From the NCBI GenBank assembly GCA_028023455.1, contig JAQFVV010000003.1, positions 19,530,001 to 19,594,000 on the forward strand: 64,000 nt of DNA, read 5' to 3'. Below are positions 27,230 through 41,121 of this stretch, in pieces; the stretch's first letter is position 1; each line of letters opens with the position of its first letter. A program made the position numbers and the translations under genes. The stretch comes from Epiperipatus broadwayi (lineage: Eukaryota > Animalia > Onychophora). The notes beneath the pieces were generated by a model. The model did not search any database, was not told the DNA's origin, and was given only the letters and a program-made list of their open reading frames with translations.

Positions 27230-27510
27230 TCCCCCCCCCCCCGATAAATTTGATAGCCCACATATATCAATAAGTAGATATCTAGCTATTCTCAGCTAAT
27301 AGGGTAAAATAAGGGGAGAGAAATATTAAAATCTTTGTTATCTGGCAACTGAACTGACTTAACTTGATAATGCCCCCCCCCCCCCGATAAACCAGATAGC
27401 CCACATATATCAATAAATAGATATCTAGCTATTCTCAGCTAATAGGGTAAAATAAGAGGAGAGAAATGTTAAAATCTCTGATATCTGGCAACTGACTTAA
27501 TTTGAAAATG
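27230..27510. repeat. Tandem duplication, ~2 x 143 bp, each unit starting with a poly-C run
   Basis: (C)n-gataaa...gatagcccacatatatcaataa.tagatatctagctattctcagctaatagggtaaaataag is repeated. Confidence 0.92.
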
Positions 27511-28586
27511 TCCTCTACACCATTTCTCTTTGAAGAGATGCTGAAAAGAACCTCACTTTAAACCACACTATTTATTAGTCTTTACTATGTAACAGTTCTA
27601 TTACAAAAGATTATATTTCCAAAACTTACAATTAAACATCAATTGAAACTTTGCATAAATAGTTTAACATCTATAATTTATATAATGCAAATTAATAATG
27701 TTTGCAAAGAATGATAAAATATAAACTTATTTTTTATAATATTGATAACGTGGCATAGTTGAAAAAAGGCCCCAAATTTAAAATACCTGATATAAAAGAT
27801 TAAAATTTCCACATATACACCCTTTCTTAATTTGGTTTTGTTTTAATTTTCTTTCATCTCTTTTATTACTTTCCATAATTTTATGATTTAATTAATCAAA
27901 TTATACACATGCACAGGAAATAATTAAAAACATTAAAATTCATTCTTATTACATAGTGTTTTTTTTTTCTTTTGCTGTTAAAAAAATAATAATTAAAGTA
28001 AGTAGAAAGCTTTAACAAATTATTGCCAGTGAGCAGGAAATTTTAATTGCTAAAATACTTCTTCCGAATAAAAAGACCTGATTTTTTAAAAAAGATTACA
28101 TCAGTAAATACATATTTATAAAAATTTATGTATATACATAAACATAAAAATGAAAATCGAGCAGATGTAACAGAAATAACTAGTTGAGAAGAGCTGACCA
28201 TTCTAGATAAAAACAGAATGTCCATGATTAGTGGCTCATTTCAAATGGTCAAAATAGTAACCACATTTGGAAAGAGTAAACCACTAAACAGCAATCTGAT
28301 GATGGGTCAGCTGGAAAGGTGTGACAAGAATTGCAAATTGCTTGTGTGTTACTCAACATAATTAATTAAATTAGGATAGTTTTACTTTCTTTTGGTACAA
28401 ACTACCATTTTCAAAGAGTTCATTTACTAAAACATGTTTTTATCCATTAATCGAATATATATAATATTTAAATACATGAATATTATCTATACTAAACTTA
28501 ATATAATTAGAAGGACTTGAACTCAAGACTTTCAACCTCTCCATATCTATCCACTCCACATGACCACATACATGTGAAAAAAATAA

Positions 28587-28645
28587 CTGATCTCCAATGT
28601 ACATATTTCATGCTGAACCAGCACTCATCAGTTGGTCCAGATCAC
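28587..28645 (-). ncRNA. Hammerhead motif, H1 copy 1 (U16.1 replaced by C)
   Basis: GTGATCT-GGA-CCAA-CTGATGA-GTGCT-GGTTC-AGCAT-GAAA-TATGTA-CA-TTGG-AGATCA. Confidence 0.75.
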
Positions 28646-29328
28646 CATCTCCCACACATATTTGCAATCAGTGCTCAGTTTATATTAAGATAACAAATTA
28701 ACAAACTTTTATGGACAAGCTTCAATCTTCTCCACTCTCCAAACTCTTCAGCCATCCATATCAGTGAAAATTCAAGAGTGGAAATACTCAAAGCTCTTGT
28801 TGATGCCAATATTATTGTCATACCTGACTCCTCACATAGGGCCTTAATATGTCCATTTAAATGTACAGAAGAGGGATGGGCAGAATTATCTATACTAAAC
28901 TTAATGTAATTAGAAGGAGTTGAACTCAGACTTTTAAGATCTCCATGGATTCCATCTTATATAACCAATACACATGGAGTGGGTAGCTATGGGTAGCTTG
29001 AAAATCTGAGTTCAAGTCCTTCTAATTACATTAAGTTTAATATAGACAATATACATGAATTTAAACATTACACATTCAGCCTGTATTCTGCTCATCCTTC
29101 TTCCATATATATTAAGGTCCTATACATGAGGGGTCAGAGTTACTTAAAATCAATGTGGGGATGTGGCATCAACAAAGACTTTGAGTGTTCCATCCTCAGA
29201 TTTTCAATGATGTGGATGGCTGAAGAGTTGGAGAGTAGAAAAGATTAAAGTTTGTCCACTAAAGTTTGATAATTTGTTATATTAATATAAACTGATCACT
29301 GTTTGTATATATAAGTGTGGGAAAAAAG

Positions 29329-29387
29329 ATGATCTGGACCAACTGATGAATGCTGATTCAGCATGTAATACATATATTGGAGATTAT
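29329..29387 (+). ncRNA. Hammerhead motif, H1 copy 2 (A13 replaced by U)
   Basis: ATGATCT-GGA-CCAA-CTGATGA-ATGCT-GATTC-AGCAT-GTAA-TACATA-TA-TTGG-AGATTAT. Confidence 0.75.
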
Positions 29388-32300
29388 TTATCTTTTCCAC
29401 ATGTATGTGGTCATGTGCATCAGTTGTATAAGTTGGAGTGGATAGCTATAGGGAGCTTGAAAGTCTGAGTTCAAGTCCTTCTAAAATATATATATATATT
29501 GAGACATTTTATTTGATAATGAGTAAATTTAAATGATTTAATCATAAATAATAATAGAATGGTATATCTAATGTATATATATATATTAAAACAAAATACG
29601 CTAATCCATTTGTAATTAGAATATAACTAAAATTAAGCTTAGATAATAATTATTTGTTCAAACTTTTTTTTTTTCATTTGATTTCATGTATTTATAAACT
29701 TGTTTTTGTAGTCAGGTTTTTATGCTATACGATTAATTAATGAATCTTGATTAACTTTAATTAATTAATTCTGTTGTTGTGAAATTTCATTTCTACACAA
29801 GAATTTTATATATATACATTTAAAGAGTAAAAAAGTTGTGAATTTAGTTTTGAATTCGGGGGGGGCAAGATCTCAAGTAATGAGTTCTGGAGTTTGATGT
29901 TTTTGCTATACATTCCATAAACATGATGCTGCAGTTGTATATGGACTCTTTTAGAATAATGCTTAGCTAAGACAGGTTAGTTTATGAAGATTACTTCATT
30001 AGTACTAGTGCCTACCATCTTAACAGAAACAATGATCCCCTCAAAATTTTGAATTGAAAGTTTCATCAAAAATTTATACAAAGTATCATCAAATAAGATC
30101 CATTAAGTATTTATGATTAAAATCTGGATTATTATAATCATCACTGGCATACATACTTAAGAAAACACATTTAAGAAGTCAGAAACATATGAAAAAGAAA
30201 ATTGAATAAACATTTCTACTGCCAAGTTAAAGCTAAAAAATTGAACTGGTTATTATAGTTAATAAACAAGAGGTAAGATATATAATATTTATTTTCATTT
30301 TCTTTGATAACGATTTTCTTAACTAGTTCTTTCATAAATTACAAATATGTTTAATTTTTGATTTTATTAGATCCTAATTAATAAAGACTAAGTCAATGAC
30401 ATCAAGATTAATATTTGAATTATATCAATATCCTATATCAATATTTCAATAATTTCAATTCTTAATTAAAAAGTGTAGTAGATGTAAATTGTTTATATAT
30501 ATTATTTAATTAATTAATTAAATATTATTTTATTTATTCTCGATACTCTAAAACCCTTATTGCTCTTATTATTAATGTAGTTTCCTATATACAGCGAATT
30601 AGTTACTGAGATATGTATATAGAATGTATGATATATCATCAGTTAATATTATATCATTGTGATGCCTTAAAACATATAATTTTTATAAACAAAAATAAAA
30701 TTGGTGATAAATTTAATGAAAAGTAATATTAGCCATCAGTTCACCATATTTGGAGGCTTAAACTAATATATCAGGTACAATATATTTATATATTTGATCT
30801 ATTTTCCAAATTTAATTTTTGTCAAATTTCAAAATTCATAATCATAAATTAACTTTCATGCAACTTCTTTTAACTTTAACAAAAAAAAAAATCTTTAAAA
30901 CCATTATAAATGTTAAATTTCAAATGTACTAACTAAAAGAAATTTTTATTTTTAGAGAAAAAGTTTCAAAAGCAATTTTATCTTCTTCTTTTTTTTTTTA
31001 AAAAAAATGCAATTTATTTGAAATAATTTAAAATTATGAAAACAAAAATTAATGTATTGCTTTTGTTTTGGATCAATTATTCAATTAAAAAAAATTGTAA
31101 TATAAAATGAAATTAGTATTTCTTTAATAAATTATAAATTAAAAAGAACAACCTCATTATGCTGTTAAAAATTACAGTAATCTTCTATATTATTATTTCA
31201 AATAAAAGTGTAATCACTAGGTAGCCGTTTACATCATCTAAAATATACCTGACTATATTATGTTTTAATAATAAATTACAATATTTTCTCAGCTTACTGT
31301 TAGTTAACAAATGCTTCAAGAAAAGTTGTCTTCATTCTATTCCAAAACCGCCTTCAATAATTTTAAAAAATCAATTGATAGTAGATGGTAGTACTACTAC
31401 ATTCATATTTCCTGATCAATTTTTGCCTTTGTTGATGAGAACTTAGGATTCAAAGCTGGGACTAATATATTTTTGAAGCCATCTCTAAATTTTTTCATAT
31501 CATTAAATTAATAATCTGAAATTAAAAAAAAAAAAATCTTGAACAGTAGCCTGTTTTAGTATATAATTGTAATAAGATTAGATATAGTGGCCATTGATTA
31601 TTCAATTTCCCAGTTAGATGGTTATAGAATAAGATGAAAAGAATTGCTATTAAAACATGTTTAAAATAAAATGAAACACCAAGTAATGTTTTACTGATTT
31701 CATCTATTGTGATCAAACAGTGGCAAGTTTACAGTTAACATAAAATGGAGATCATTAAATCAATAATATACAATTGCTGATATAGTATCAGATCAACACA
31801 ATTATACAAGCAACATGGAAGAGCAAAACCTTTTGAGTTTTTTTCTTCTTCAGGTTGTTTCCATAATAGTATAAAAAGTGATTGATAGATGCAAAACTGT
31901 ATTAGTTGCAGTTTTGAATCCTAAATCCTCAATGAAAAAGACAAAATTTAAAAACTAGTCTGGTGATGTGGATATAATAGTATGACCATTACTCAAGCTT
32001 ATGATAGTTTTGAAATAAAGTGAAAGGAATTATTCTTGAGGCACAGGAAATTATACATATCATTATCCACATACTTTATTATCAAAAACCCTCAAACATA
32101 TTTCTATAAGTGATGTCAGTGCGTTAATGTTTTGCCAAAATTTCTTAGCCTTATCATTGATATATATATATATTAAAGTCCATCATATAAAAATATATTA
32201 GTAGAGATACATCAACCACACACTGATTAATATGATTATTATTAACTTGTCATATACTAAATGAATGTTAAAATTATTCATGATTCAATAGTTTTAAAGT

Positions 32301-33373
32301 ATTTCAATTCTTATGGATCTTATGAATTATCAAGTAATCTTAGAGGTTTCAATTTACAAAAATTATCAACATCTTTTATAGTAAAAGATTGAAAATAAAT
32401 TAAAGAAACATTAAAAAAAATTGTACCTCACATAAAAGCTATTTTAAAAGCAAATTTTAAAAACTATATTTCAATCAATATTGTAAAAAAATTGTGAAAT
32501 ATTATTTATAGAACTATAAATAAAAAGGAAAAGCAGATCTGAATTATCAAAATACAAAATATTATTACTATTCTTAAACAGTGCAGATTCCAAACAATAC
32601 CACAATGACAAAGTAAGTCAATGAATATCAAATGTCAGTATTACCAAACTTTTAACAAGGCTAATTTAATAGTAGTGTTGTGCATCAATCTATGTTCACA
32701 TGGTTAATGTGAAGTCAGAGGTCTTATTGATATAATGTAAAAGGATAGAAGTTAAAGAAATTACTATATTTGTTTAAAATTTATTAATGACATGTATACA
32801 CACAAATTAGTTTGTCCCAATAATGCACTTCAGTAAACTCAGGAACTCTTCTTCTAAAATAGCCAAAAGTGAAAAATTTTTTTTTTAAATTTAAAATTAT
32901 TTTGCTAAAATTTGATTCAACTCTAACAGACTGTTTTGAAATGTGAAGTTTTTATATCGTTAAAATATTTGATTTTTTTTTTTTAAAAAAAAAAAAACTA
33001 TACATCTCTTTTCAATATAGAAATGTCAATACAGTCAAAAAACAGAATGCCGATATTTTAATTGCTCTCAACGTCAATTAATGGAAAACAATTCTTCATA
33101 AACAAAAATGGCGAAGTTCATATTGCAATGGAATGAATAAAAAAAAAAACATTTCTCAAAATTAAAATATACATCTAATTAAATATTACTAGAGCATAAA
33201 AAAAAAAAATTATGGAGATATTAGTTGAGCGCGAATTTAAATTTATTGAAAACAAAAAATATACATGCACATTAATTTACAGGATTATATTACATATCAT
33301 CATCATCATTTTAAATTATTATCGATTCATTGCAAGATAAATATCTCTCTTAATTAGACCCATTTTTCTAGAG

Positions 33374-35767
33374 CAATGATCTCCAAACTTTTTTGATCAC
33401 GTACCTGTAAGACGAAAATAATTAAGTTGTACCCCTTATAACATATATGTGTGTGTAGTCAAAAATCAAATTATTTATTATTTTAAACAATATACATATA
33501 TTTAAATTAATTACAAATTTACATGTTGAATTAGAATTTAATATGAACAATGTGACTGTATTTGTTTAATAATATCAGAAAAATCTAGTTTGATGTCCTC
33601 TGTAATTCGAAGATCAGTTTCTAACTCTAATTTATTTCTGTATTTGGTTTTAATTGTTGTCATTGCAGAAAATCGGGTTCAATTCCATCCATCAACTATG
33701 AAGAGATTTTTCTTTAAATTCTGATTATAACATAGTTGTTTCTCTCATGTCAATTAACTGTTCTTGAGCAAGATGATCTATTTTTACATTTTCAGCAAAT
33801 GGATTCATAATCCATTGAAACTTAGTTTTAATACTAGGAGGATCTAAAAATTGGTTACAAAATTCTGTCTCCAAACTTTTTAAATGTGTAGATATAAGAC
33901 TATTAATTTGTTACACATTTACTTCATTTTCAGAAGCAAAATCAGACAATGATGGAAACATTTCTAAAAATCCCTTTTCTAAATTCTCCCCCCACATCAC
34001 GATTTTCTTTCGAAATGCAGTTACTTTTTCAGTCATTGTTAAAATGTCACCTTTTCATTGAAGAGACGAATTGAGCATGTTTACTTTTTCAAAAAAATCA
34101 GCTAAGTAACATACTATCAACATTCACTTATCATCATTGAAAAAGCAGGCAAACATTGAACTCTTATCTTTGTCCAAGAGAAAAATGCATAATTCATCTT
34201 TCAGTTCAACAACTCATTTTAGCACTTTCCCTTGAGATAACCAATAAACTTCTGTATGGTAGCGGAGATTTTCATGGCTTCTGCCCATTTTGTTGCATAT
34301 TATTGAAAATATATTATTCATGGGTCTTGTTTTTACAAAATTAACTATGCTGATAACATCCTACAGCACACGATATATTTCTGGCGCAATTTCTTTGCTG
34401 CAATAGCTTGTCGATGGATAATACAGTGTATGAATTTTGTGTAGAGTGCTATTTCAATTACCTTTGCTATGAATACTTTTTTCTTCCAGTTAAAACAGCT
34501 GCTCTATCATGGGCTGCACTTTCCCCATAAAATGTTATTTGTAACAAATAAATTATTTACTGTTGAAAAAATGTCTTCCCCTGTACATCTTTCTTCAAGT
34601 AGCTCACAAAAAAGTAGTTCTTTGCGCAATTCATTATTAAAAAAAATATCCAATAAATACCATTAACTGAGCAAAGTTGGTGACATCTGTGCTTTCATCA
34701 GTTGTATAGCAAATTTTCCTCATTAAGTAATTTGTTTTAATAATTGTTTCTTTAAATTATCAGCAATAAATTCTATATGCCTATAAATGGTATTTGCTGA
34801 CAATGGAATACATTTTAGTTTCTCAGCATATTCTTCCCTGTGAATTACTAGCACCATTTTTATTGCAACAGGAAAAATGGTATGTGGCTTTTTATCTTTT
34901 GCTACTAAGAAAGAAACCTCAAGAGAGGCTTCTAAACATTTATCATTAAGTATAACAATTTTTTTTAAATTACTAGCTTAAGTATTACATGTTTTTAAAT
35001 GTTCAAAAAATTATAATAATTTGTGTTCATGTTCAGGATCTTTAGTTTTTAAATGCCTTATCAACATTGATGGCGTCATACAAGCATTAGATAGCATCTT
35101 ATAACATAATACACATATAGTATAGGATTCATTGTTGACTACTTTTGATGTAAACTCAAATGTTAAGTAGTCTACTTGATAATTTCAAACTTTCTGAAAC
35201 AATTTTTTTGTACACACTAATTTTGATTGCTAATGAATTTGAACAATTATCGGTATCAACACTATTACTTTCTTGTTGTGCAACAGAAATAGAAGCACTA
35301 TCAGAATAATCTTCAACCCGTAGTTTCTTTGCGGGCAATCTTTTTTAACTATTTATCCATTTTATGAGGAATTTAAAATGAATAGCATTTAAGAGTCAAC
35401 TAATCATAGTTATTATAATTCACACTGCTATCTGTATAAGTTCCATACAGTTCATAAAATTCTCTCAATAATGATACACGACCTACCAGGCACTTGCACA
35501 ATGGTGCACTGAGCGGCTGAGATGTAAACAGTGTTGCAGATATGAAATTCATTTGACCACCAGAAATTGATTCTGAATCCCGCTAAAAAAACGCTAAATT
35601 TAAATTCTTAATTTCCCACTAAAAAGCTAATAAGAATGCATTTTCTCGCTAAATAAAATAATGATTACATTTTGAAATAAGGTGACATTTCACATCATAT
35701 TGGCATATTCCCAAGTATTACTTTGCATACCCCTTGGGGTATGTGTACCTCACTTTGGAGACCACTG
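33374..35767 (-). mobile_element. hAT-Charlie/Buster-type DNA transposon with decayed ZBED5-like transposase on the minus strand
   Basis: TIRs CAATGATCTCCAAAC / CTTTGGAGACCACTG; TSDs TTCTAGAG / CTCTGGAG (6/8, NTCTAGAN-like). Motifs: BED-like CVLCYKML, KDKKPHTI, LKCIPLSANTI, FAIQL(DESTD-like), FSAMTTIKTKYRNKLELETDLR. Confidence 0.95.
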
Positions 35768-38700
35768 CTCTGGAGAAATGAAATGGTCACCTTTCAGTTA
35801 CTAGAAAACTCCTTTTTTGCAGCTCTATTATATATAAATCTATATTTTTTTTTATAGACAAAAGTCCTCATGACTTATGGTTAGATATTACTTTGTCCTG
35901 TCCATGAATTGAGTATTTATATACAGAAATAAATATTTAATAGTCATGTGATTAATGCATTGCCCTAAAATGTACATAAACTAGTCTTTATATATATATG
36001 TATAAATAAACAAAGGCCTTCATAGAGCAGTGATTAGAAGATTAGCTGCTATATCCATGAGTTATGGATTAAAATGGAGCTTCTTCAGGTAATTGAAAAT
36101 TTCCTAAGGAAGTTAAATATTTTTTAAAGTCAACAAAGATGACTATAATGATATGTAAATAGATATCTAAGCAATTCTATCTGGAGAGTAAAGAAGTTTC
36201 AAATAATCCAGGTCAATAAGATAGATGTCAATATGTTGAATGTAGAAAAGCTATCACTAATATATGAACAAAGAGCAGTTAGTTCTCTTCATCCTATTCT
36301 AGATCCATCTATTGTAAGACTTAGTAATTATTAGATACTAGATGATGTAGTGCTATAATATCCTAATGTCCAACTGATTTCTTATTTTTTCCATCTTTAG
36401 TGAAGATTTAAGATTCAAAATGGAAAGCAATGCATTTACATAACTAGCAGCCACTTTTGACTCTTTTATACTATTCAAGCACAAACAGCTTGAATTAAAA
36501 AAAAAAATGTCCTATGGTTTTGAACCAAAGCCAACTCAGTTGTAGAGTTATAAAAATCTGACACCAGTTTTCATACCTTTTAGAGACCTTAGTTTTATAC
36601 AAACTATTGACTCTCTCTATTCATTGGCTAGGAAGGTCAAAACAGAGATTAAATATGTTAAATGAAATTAATTAAACCAAATATACTTTCATTGCTTGTG
36701 CATCATAAGCATGATTATGGACACACATTGAAAGTATACTCGGTTTAATTAACATATTTAATCTCTAGTTTGGTATTTTTATATTATTAATAATAATGAC
36801 AGAGTATCCATCCATATATATATAAGCACTACACAGCTTTCTTAGATGCTTACTCACATGTTTCCAGGAACAATTCTTTTACCCAACTCTAGAATCATTT
36901 ATTGCAAGTAATCATTGGATATTAGATAGTATAGTATCCCCAAAGCAAAGAAGAAAGTCATGTTGGGTTTGGCATAAATCTAGCAGTGTTCAGCATTATC
37001 CTATTTGTTAATACTATAGAAAGATTATCTCTGTAGTATTAATTATGACTTATGAGTTATATTTTCCCGAAGATAGAAATATAAAAGCGTCATGGTTGTT
37101 TGTTACATTATAATAAAATTATCATTAAATACATTCTGTTTATGATTAACATTATATAATAATAAAGCTATTCATTATTAATTGATAAATTGTTCCATTA
37201 GCATTATGATTTTAAATATTTGATTTTTTGGATGAAATCTAACCATTTTAAAAGATTCTAATAAGTTGGTTAAGTAGTTAATTCACATTATCCCTTATTC
37301 TCATAAATATTTTTAACTAGCAGTTCCATTTCAAATAATTATACTAAAATTCAGAATGGTTCTACAAACTTGGCCCACCAAACGAACAACACTTACTGAT
37401 TTCCATTAATCATTATACATTTTTCTATATCAATACATATCAAGTATTGCAACTGTTAATCAGAATGCAATATGTTAAAAAAAAAAATTGAAAAGCTTTG
37501 TAAATGATATCTAATATTATTTTTGAGTGAATAGGGTTAATGTTTAATGCAATAAAAGATATAACAAATTACAATGGAGTTATAGAGTTAAACTGACTAT
37601 TATTTAAGAGATTCAATAATTATAATAAAACATTAATTTCAACACACAAAAAAATTATTTTTCATAATAAAATCATATGCTACCACTGTGCATATTTCCC
37701 AGTGTCTAAGAATATTCCTCTAATGTCAAACTATCTACATATGTCAGGTCTACATTTTTTGGCACAAAAATGTTTTCCCCTTGCCTTTGGGTAATACTAA
37801 TGAGAGATTAATGAAGCCTGGAAAAATTAACTTTGTCTAGAATTATACTGAATGACAACACTAAATTACCTGTTTATAAAAGTAAATTAATCTGTATCAA
37901 TCAAAGCTTAAATTCTTGCCTTTATACTGAATCTTTAAGAATGATATTATTTTGCATATGAATTTTATATATAATTAGTAACACCATTAGAAAAAAGCTT
38001 ATAGGAATTTTAATCAAATGATAGATTCATTAATAGTTTTATGAAGTTTTTCAATTCTGCTATGGCATGTACAGATTTAACAGAAATTAATGATGTGTTT
38101 CATGATTTGCGTCTGACCACAACAATAGAAGTCAGAGACCATTAAATTTTATTTTAAAAGCAGGTAAGCGCAGCAATCATAGATAGTCTCCACAGCATTT
38201 TACTTATTTAAAGAGAATCCTGCTTAAATATCCAGAAAGAGGATCTTATTTTGAAAAATGACTTGGGAGGGAGAACTGTCTTGACTTGGCGATACATCCG
38301 ATCTATTTAATGACTTTTTATACATTTTCTGTGAGCCAATTTGTCTTCTGATATTTGGTGGAAGAATATATGAAAGACAAAAAGCTAATGAAGTGATATG
38401 ACTTCAGAATAATATTTCTCATGATAATATTTATGTATCCAGACAGAGCTATAGTATTTACTAAAAAATATAATAAACCTAAGAAAACTGTTAGAACATT
38501 TATACCACAATCCCAAGTAATAACATTCATCTCTCCAAAAAGATTGTTCCTAAAAATTATTTTAAATTTAGATAAATGAGGAAAATAAGTTAAAAACAAA
38601 TAGTTTTAGATAGAATTGTGCTTCATCAGTCTACTGATATTTCCCTGTCAATTTGAATGAAAAGTTGAGCCTACTGTGAAAAATATTACAATCTTTGAAA

Positions 38701-39744
38701 AATATTTCCAAACATTTCACACCTTTATTAAAAGATTCTATTTCTGGGAAATATCTCTTATGTGAAGTTATAACAATATCGTCACTTATAAATGAACTTC
38801 CTACATTCTGTTTCTGGAAAATCATAAGGTAATAAATAATAATAAACAGACACTAAGAAATGAGTATGACAACTCAAAAAAAACCCACAATTCTAGAAAC
38901 GAGTTTTGCAATAACTATTCAAACCAATTTACAAATCTCAAATGCATCTACATAAACTATATTGTAATAATATTAAATAGTGCTATCACACTTATAACGT
39001 AAAGCTGTATAATTAATATCAATTAGTCCATTAAAATGGCGGAGCGCTTTCGAGAAACTGTACTTCTCATAATCATAGCCAGTTCTGACTTGTTCATTGA
39101 AATTATTCTATCAGTATAATATGCAAACGAGAATGTTTTTTTTAATTTCTTCAACAGAAAACTTTTTCTTTCTGAAATACTTTAATACCATGTTTAATTA
39201 TAGTTTTCCAATTTATTCAATTTTCTGCCATATATTCCCAATAGAAACAATTGACATTACACTTCTTTAGAATGTCTTTAAGATAATACTTATTATGTAG
39301 ATAGGATCTATCTCTCCCCAAAAAACCATGATCAAGTTCACTAGAAACATCCTTTCAAGAAATCTTAAATATAGTAGATAAAGTAGATAGGAGGATTGAA
39401 CAATGTGAGAGACTATTCTGTAAAATCTTGTATCTGCTATGATTATTATTTGAACATTTTCTGTTGGAGAAGATTTTGTCAAATAAGTTAATAGTATTTA
39501 AATATTTAGAATGATTATAAAGGTTCAAAGTTATTTTTACAATTAGTTTTAATAATAGTCTACATTTTATCATGCAAAGTTGACATTTCCATTGTTCAAT
39601 AATCTTCTTCAACTTTCTTTCACCCATTGTTTAAATTTTACTATACAAAGTTGATGTTTCTGATTGTCCAACGACTTCTTCAAAGATTTTTGAACAATTG
39701 AAATGTCAACTTTGCAGAATAAAGTTTAAATATTGCTAAAACTA

Positions 39745-39855
39745 GTCTTGCATTGGTGGTCGAGAGGTCAGCGCGATTGCCTTGTACTTGCAGGCAGTTG
39801 CCCGGGTTGCGGGTTCGCGTCCCGGCCGATGCTATGACACTTAAAATATATATAT
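39745..39855 (+). mobile_element. Young tRNA-derived SINE / tRNA-like retrocopy (~110 bp) with 15-bp TSD and (TA)n tail
   Basis: TSD ATATTGCTAAAACTA at 39730-39744 and 39856-39870. A-box-like TGGTCGAGAGG, B-box GGTTCGCGTCCC, 7-bp acceptor stem GCATTGG/CCGATGC (39750-39832). CpGs are intact. Confidence 0.8.
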
Positions 39856-40304
39856 ATATTGCTAAAACTAAATACATAAAGAGAGATTTGATTGATAGTG
39901 AATGAAAGGCAATATGGGGGGGGGGAGGTATTATTTAAATAATAAGATTATAAAAATTTACAGAGAACACTTAATTAAAAATAAATAACCTATTATGTCA
40001 CCCACAATATTATGCTGCATTTTTGTCATATTTTGCCTAGGTAAGGCACATTTATTTTACTGTAAATATGTTAATATTTGTACATAGTTTATCTATAAAG
40101 CTTTAAAAAAAAGAAAAGATTATAAAGATTTATGTTCAGTTTGTAATTCTACAGCCTAGGAAAAAAATAATAAAAACAACTACAACTTACATGTACATTA
40201 TTTAAATACAAGTATACTATATATACTTTTAAGCTAGTTGTAATTGAAGGGAATTCCATCTTATACAACTGACGCACATGACCACATACATGTGAAAAAG
40301 ATAA

Positions 40305-40363
40305 ATAATTTCCAATATAAGTATTTTGTGCTGAACCATCACTCATCAGTTGGTCCAGATCAT
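40305..40363 (-). ncRNA. Hammerhead motif, H1 copy 3 (G12 replaced by A)
   Basis: ATGATCT-GGA-CCAA-CTGATGA-GTGAT-GGTTC-AGCAC-AAAA-TACTTA-TA-TTGG-AAATTAT. Confidence 0.68.
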
Positions 40364-40786
40364 TATCTCCCACACACACACATATATATAATCAGTGGTT
40401 GGTTTATATTAAGATAGCAAAGCTTCAAACTTTAATGAGCAGGCTTCAATCTTCTCCACTCTCCAACTCTTCAACCATTCATATCATTGTAAATCTAATG
40501 ATGGAATGTTCAAAGCCCCTGTTTGCCAATTTTGTTGGCATACCCATGTTGAAAGTAAATCATTCTGACCTCTCATATGCAGGACCTTAAGCCCATTTAA
40601 ATACACAGAAGAGGGATGGGTTTAATACAGGCCAAATATGTAATATTTAAATACAAATATATATACTTTTAAACCAAATGTAACTAGAGGAAATTTGAAC
40701 CCAGACTTTCAAGCTCCAGCTCCTTTAGTCATCAACTCCACCTTATACAACCAATACACATGACCACATACATGTAAAAAAGATAA

Positions 40787-40845
40787 ATGATCTTCAATAT
40801 ATGTATTTCACGCTAAACTAGCACTCATCTGTTGGTCCAGATCAT
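40787..40845 (-). ncRNA. Hammerhead motif, H1 copy 4 (U4 replaced by A)
   Basis: ATGATCT-GGA-CCAA-CAGATGA-GTGCT-AGTTT-AGCGT-GAAA-TACATA-TA-TTGA-AGATCAT. Confidence 0.7.
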
Positions 40846-41121
40846 CATCTACCACACATATATAATCAGGGCTCAATATATATTAAGATAGCAAATTTTC
40901 AAACTTTAATGGACAGGCTTCAATCTTCTCCACTCTCCAGCCATCCATATCATTGAAAATTGGCAAACAATGGCTTTGAATATGCCATCATCTGATTTTC
41001 AATGATATGAATGGCTGAAGAGTTGGAAAGTGGAGAAGATTGAAGCTTGTCCATTAAAGTTTGAAGATTTGCTATCTTAATATAAACCAAGGTCTGATTA
41101 TATATATATGTGTGGGAGATG

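Larger units (their letters stand above)
28460..29485. mobile_element. Retrozyme/PLE-pLTR-like non-coding element (family H1): partial tandem plus inverted arms, axis ~28975, flanked by (TA)n
   Basis: tatctatactaaacttaat recurs at ~28484 and ~28887; the left and right arms are reverse complements; one HHR motif per arm. Confidence 0.88.

Noticed and set aside
28296-28320. CTGATGA...GAAA spacing resembling a hammerhead
   Set aside because: The intervening TGGGTCAGCTG does not form a stem II closed next to the core, and there is no NUH/stem I pairing.
39750-39832. Functional tRNA gene
   Set aside because: The D-stem pairs poorly, the anticodon loop is 9 nt on a 7-bp stem with no definable anticodon, there is no downstream T-run terminator, and it is flanked by a TSD like a retroposed insert.
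8204-39930. Long poly-G/poly-C runs (e.g. ~8205, 9266, 10207, 27232, 27373, 39917) as G-quadruplex regulatory elements
   Set aside because: They are isolated mononucleotide runs with no consistent context; more likely slippage products.
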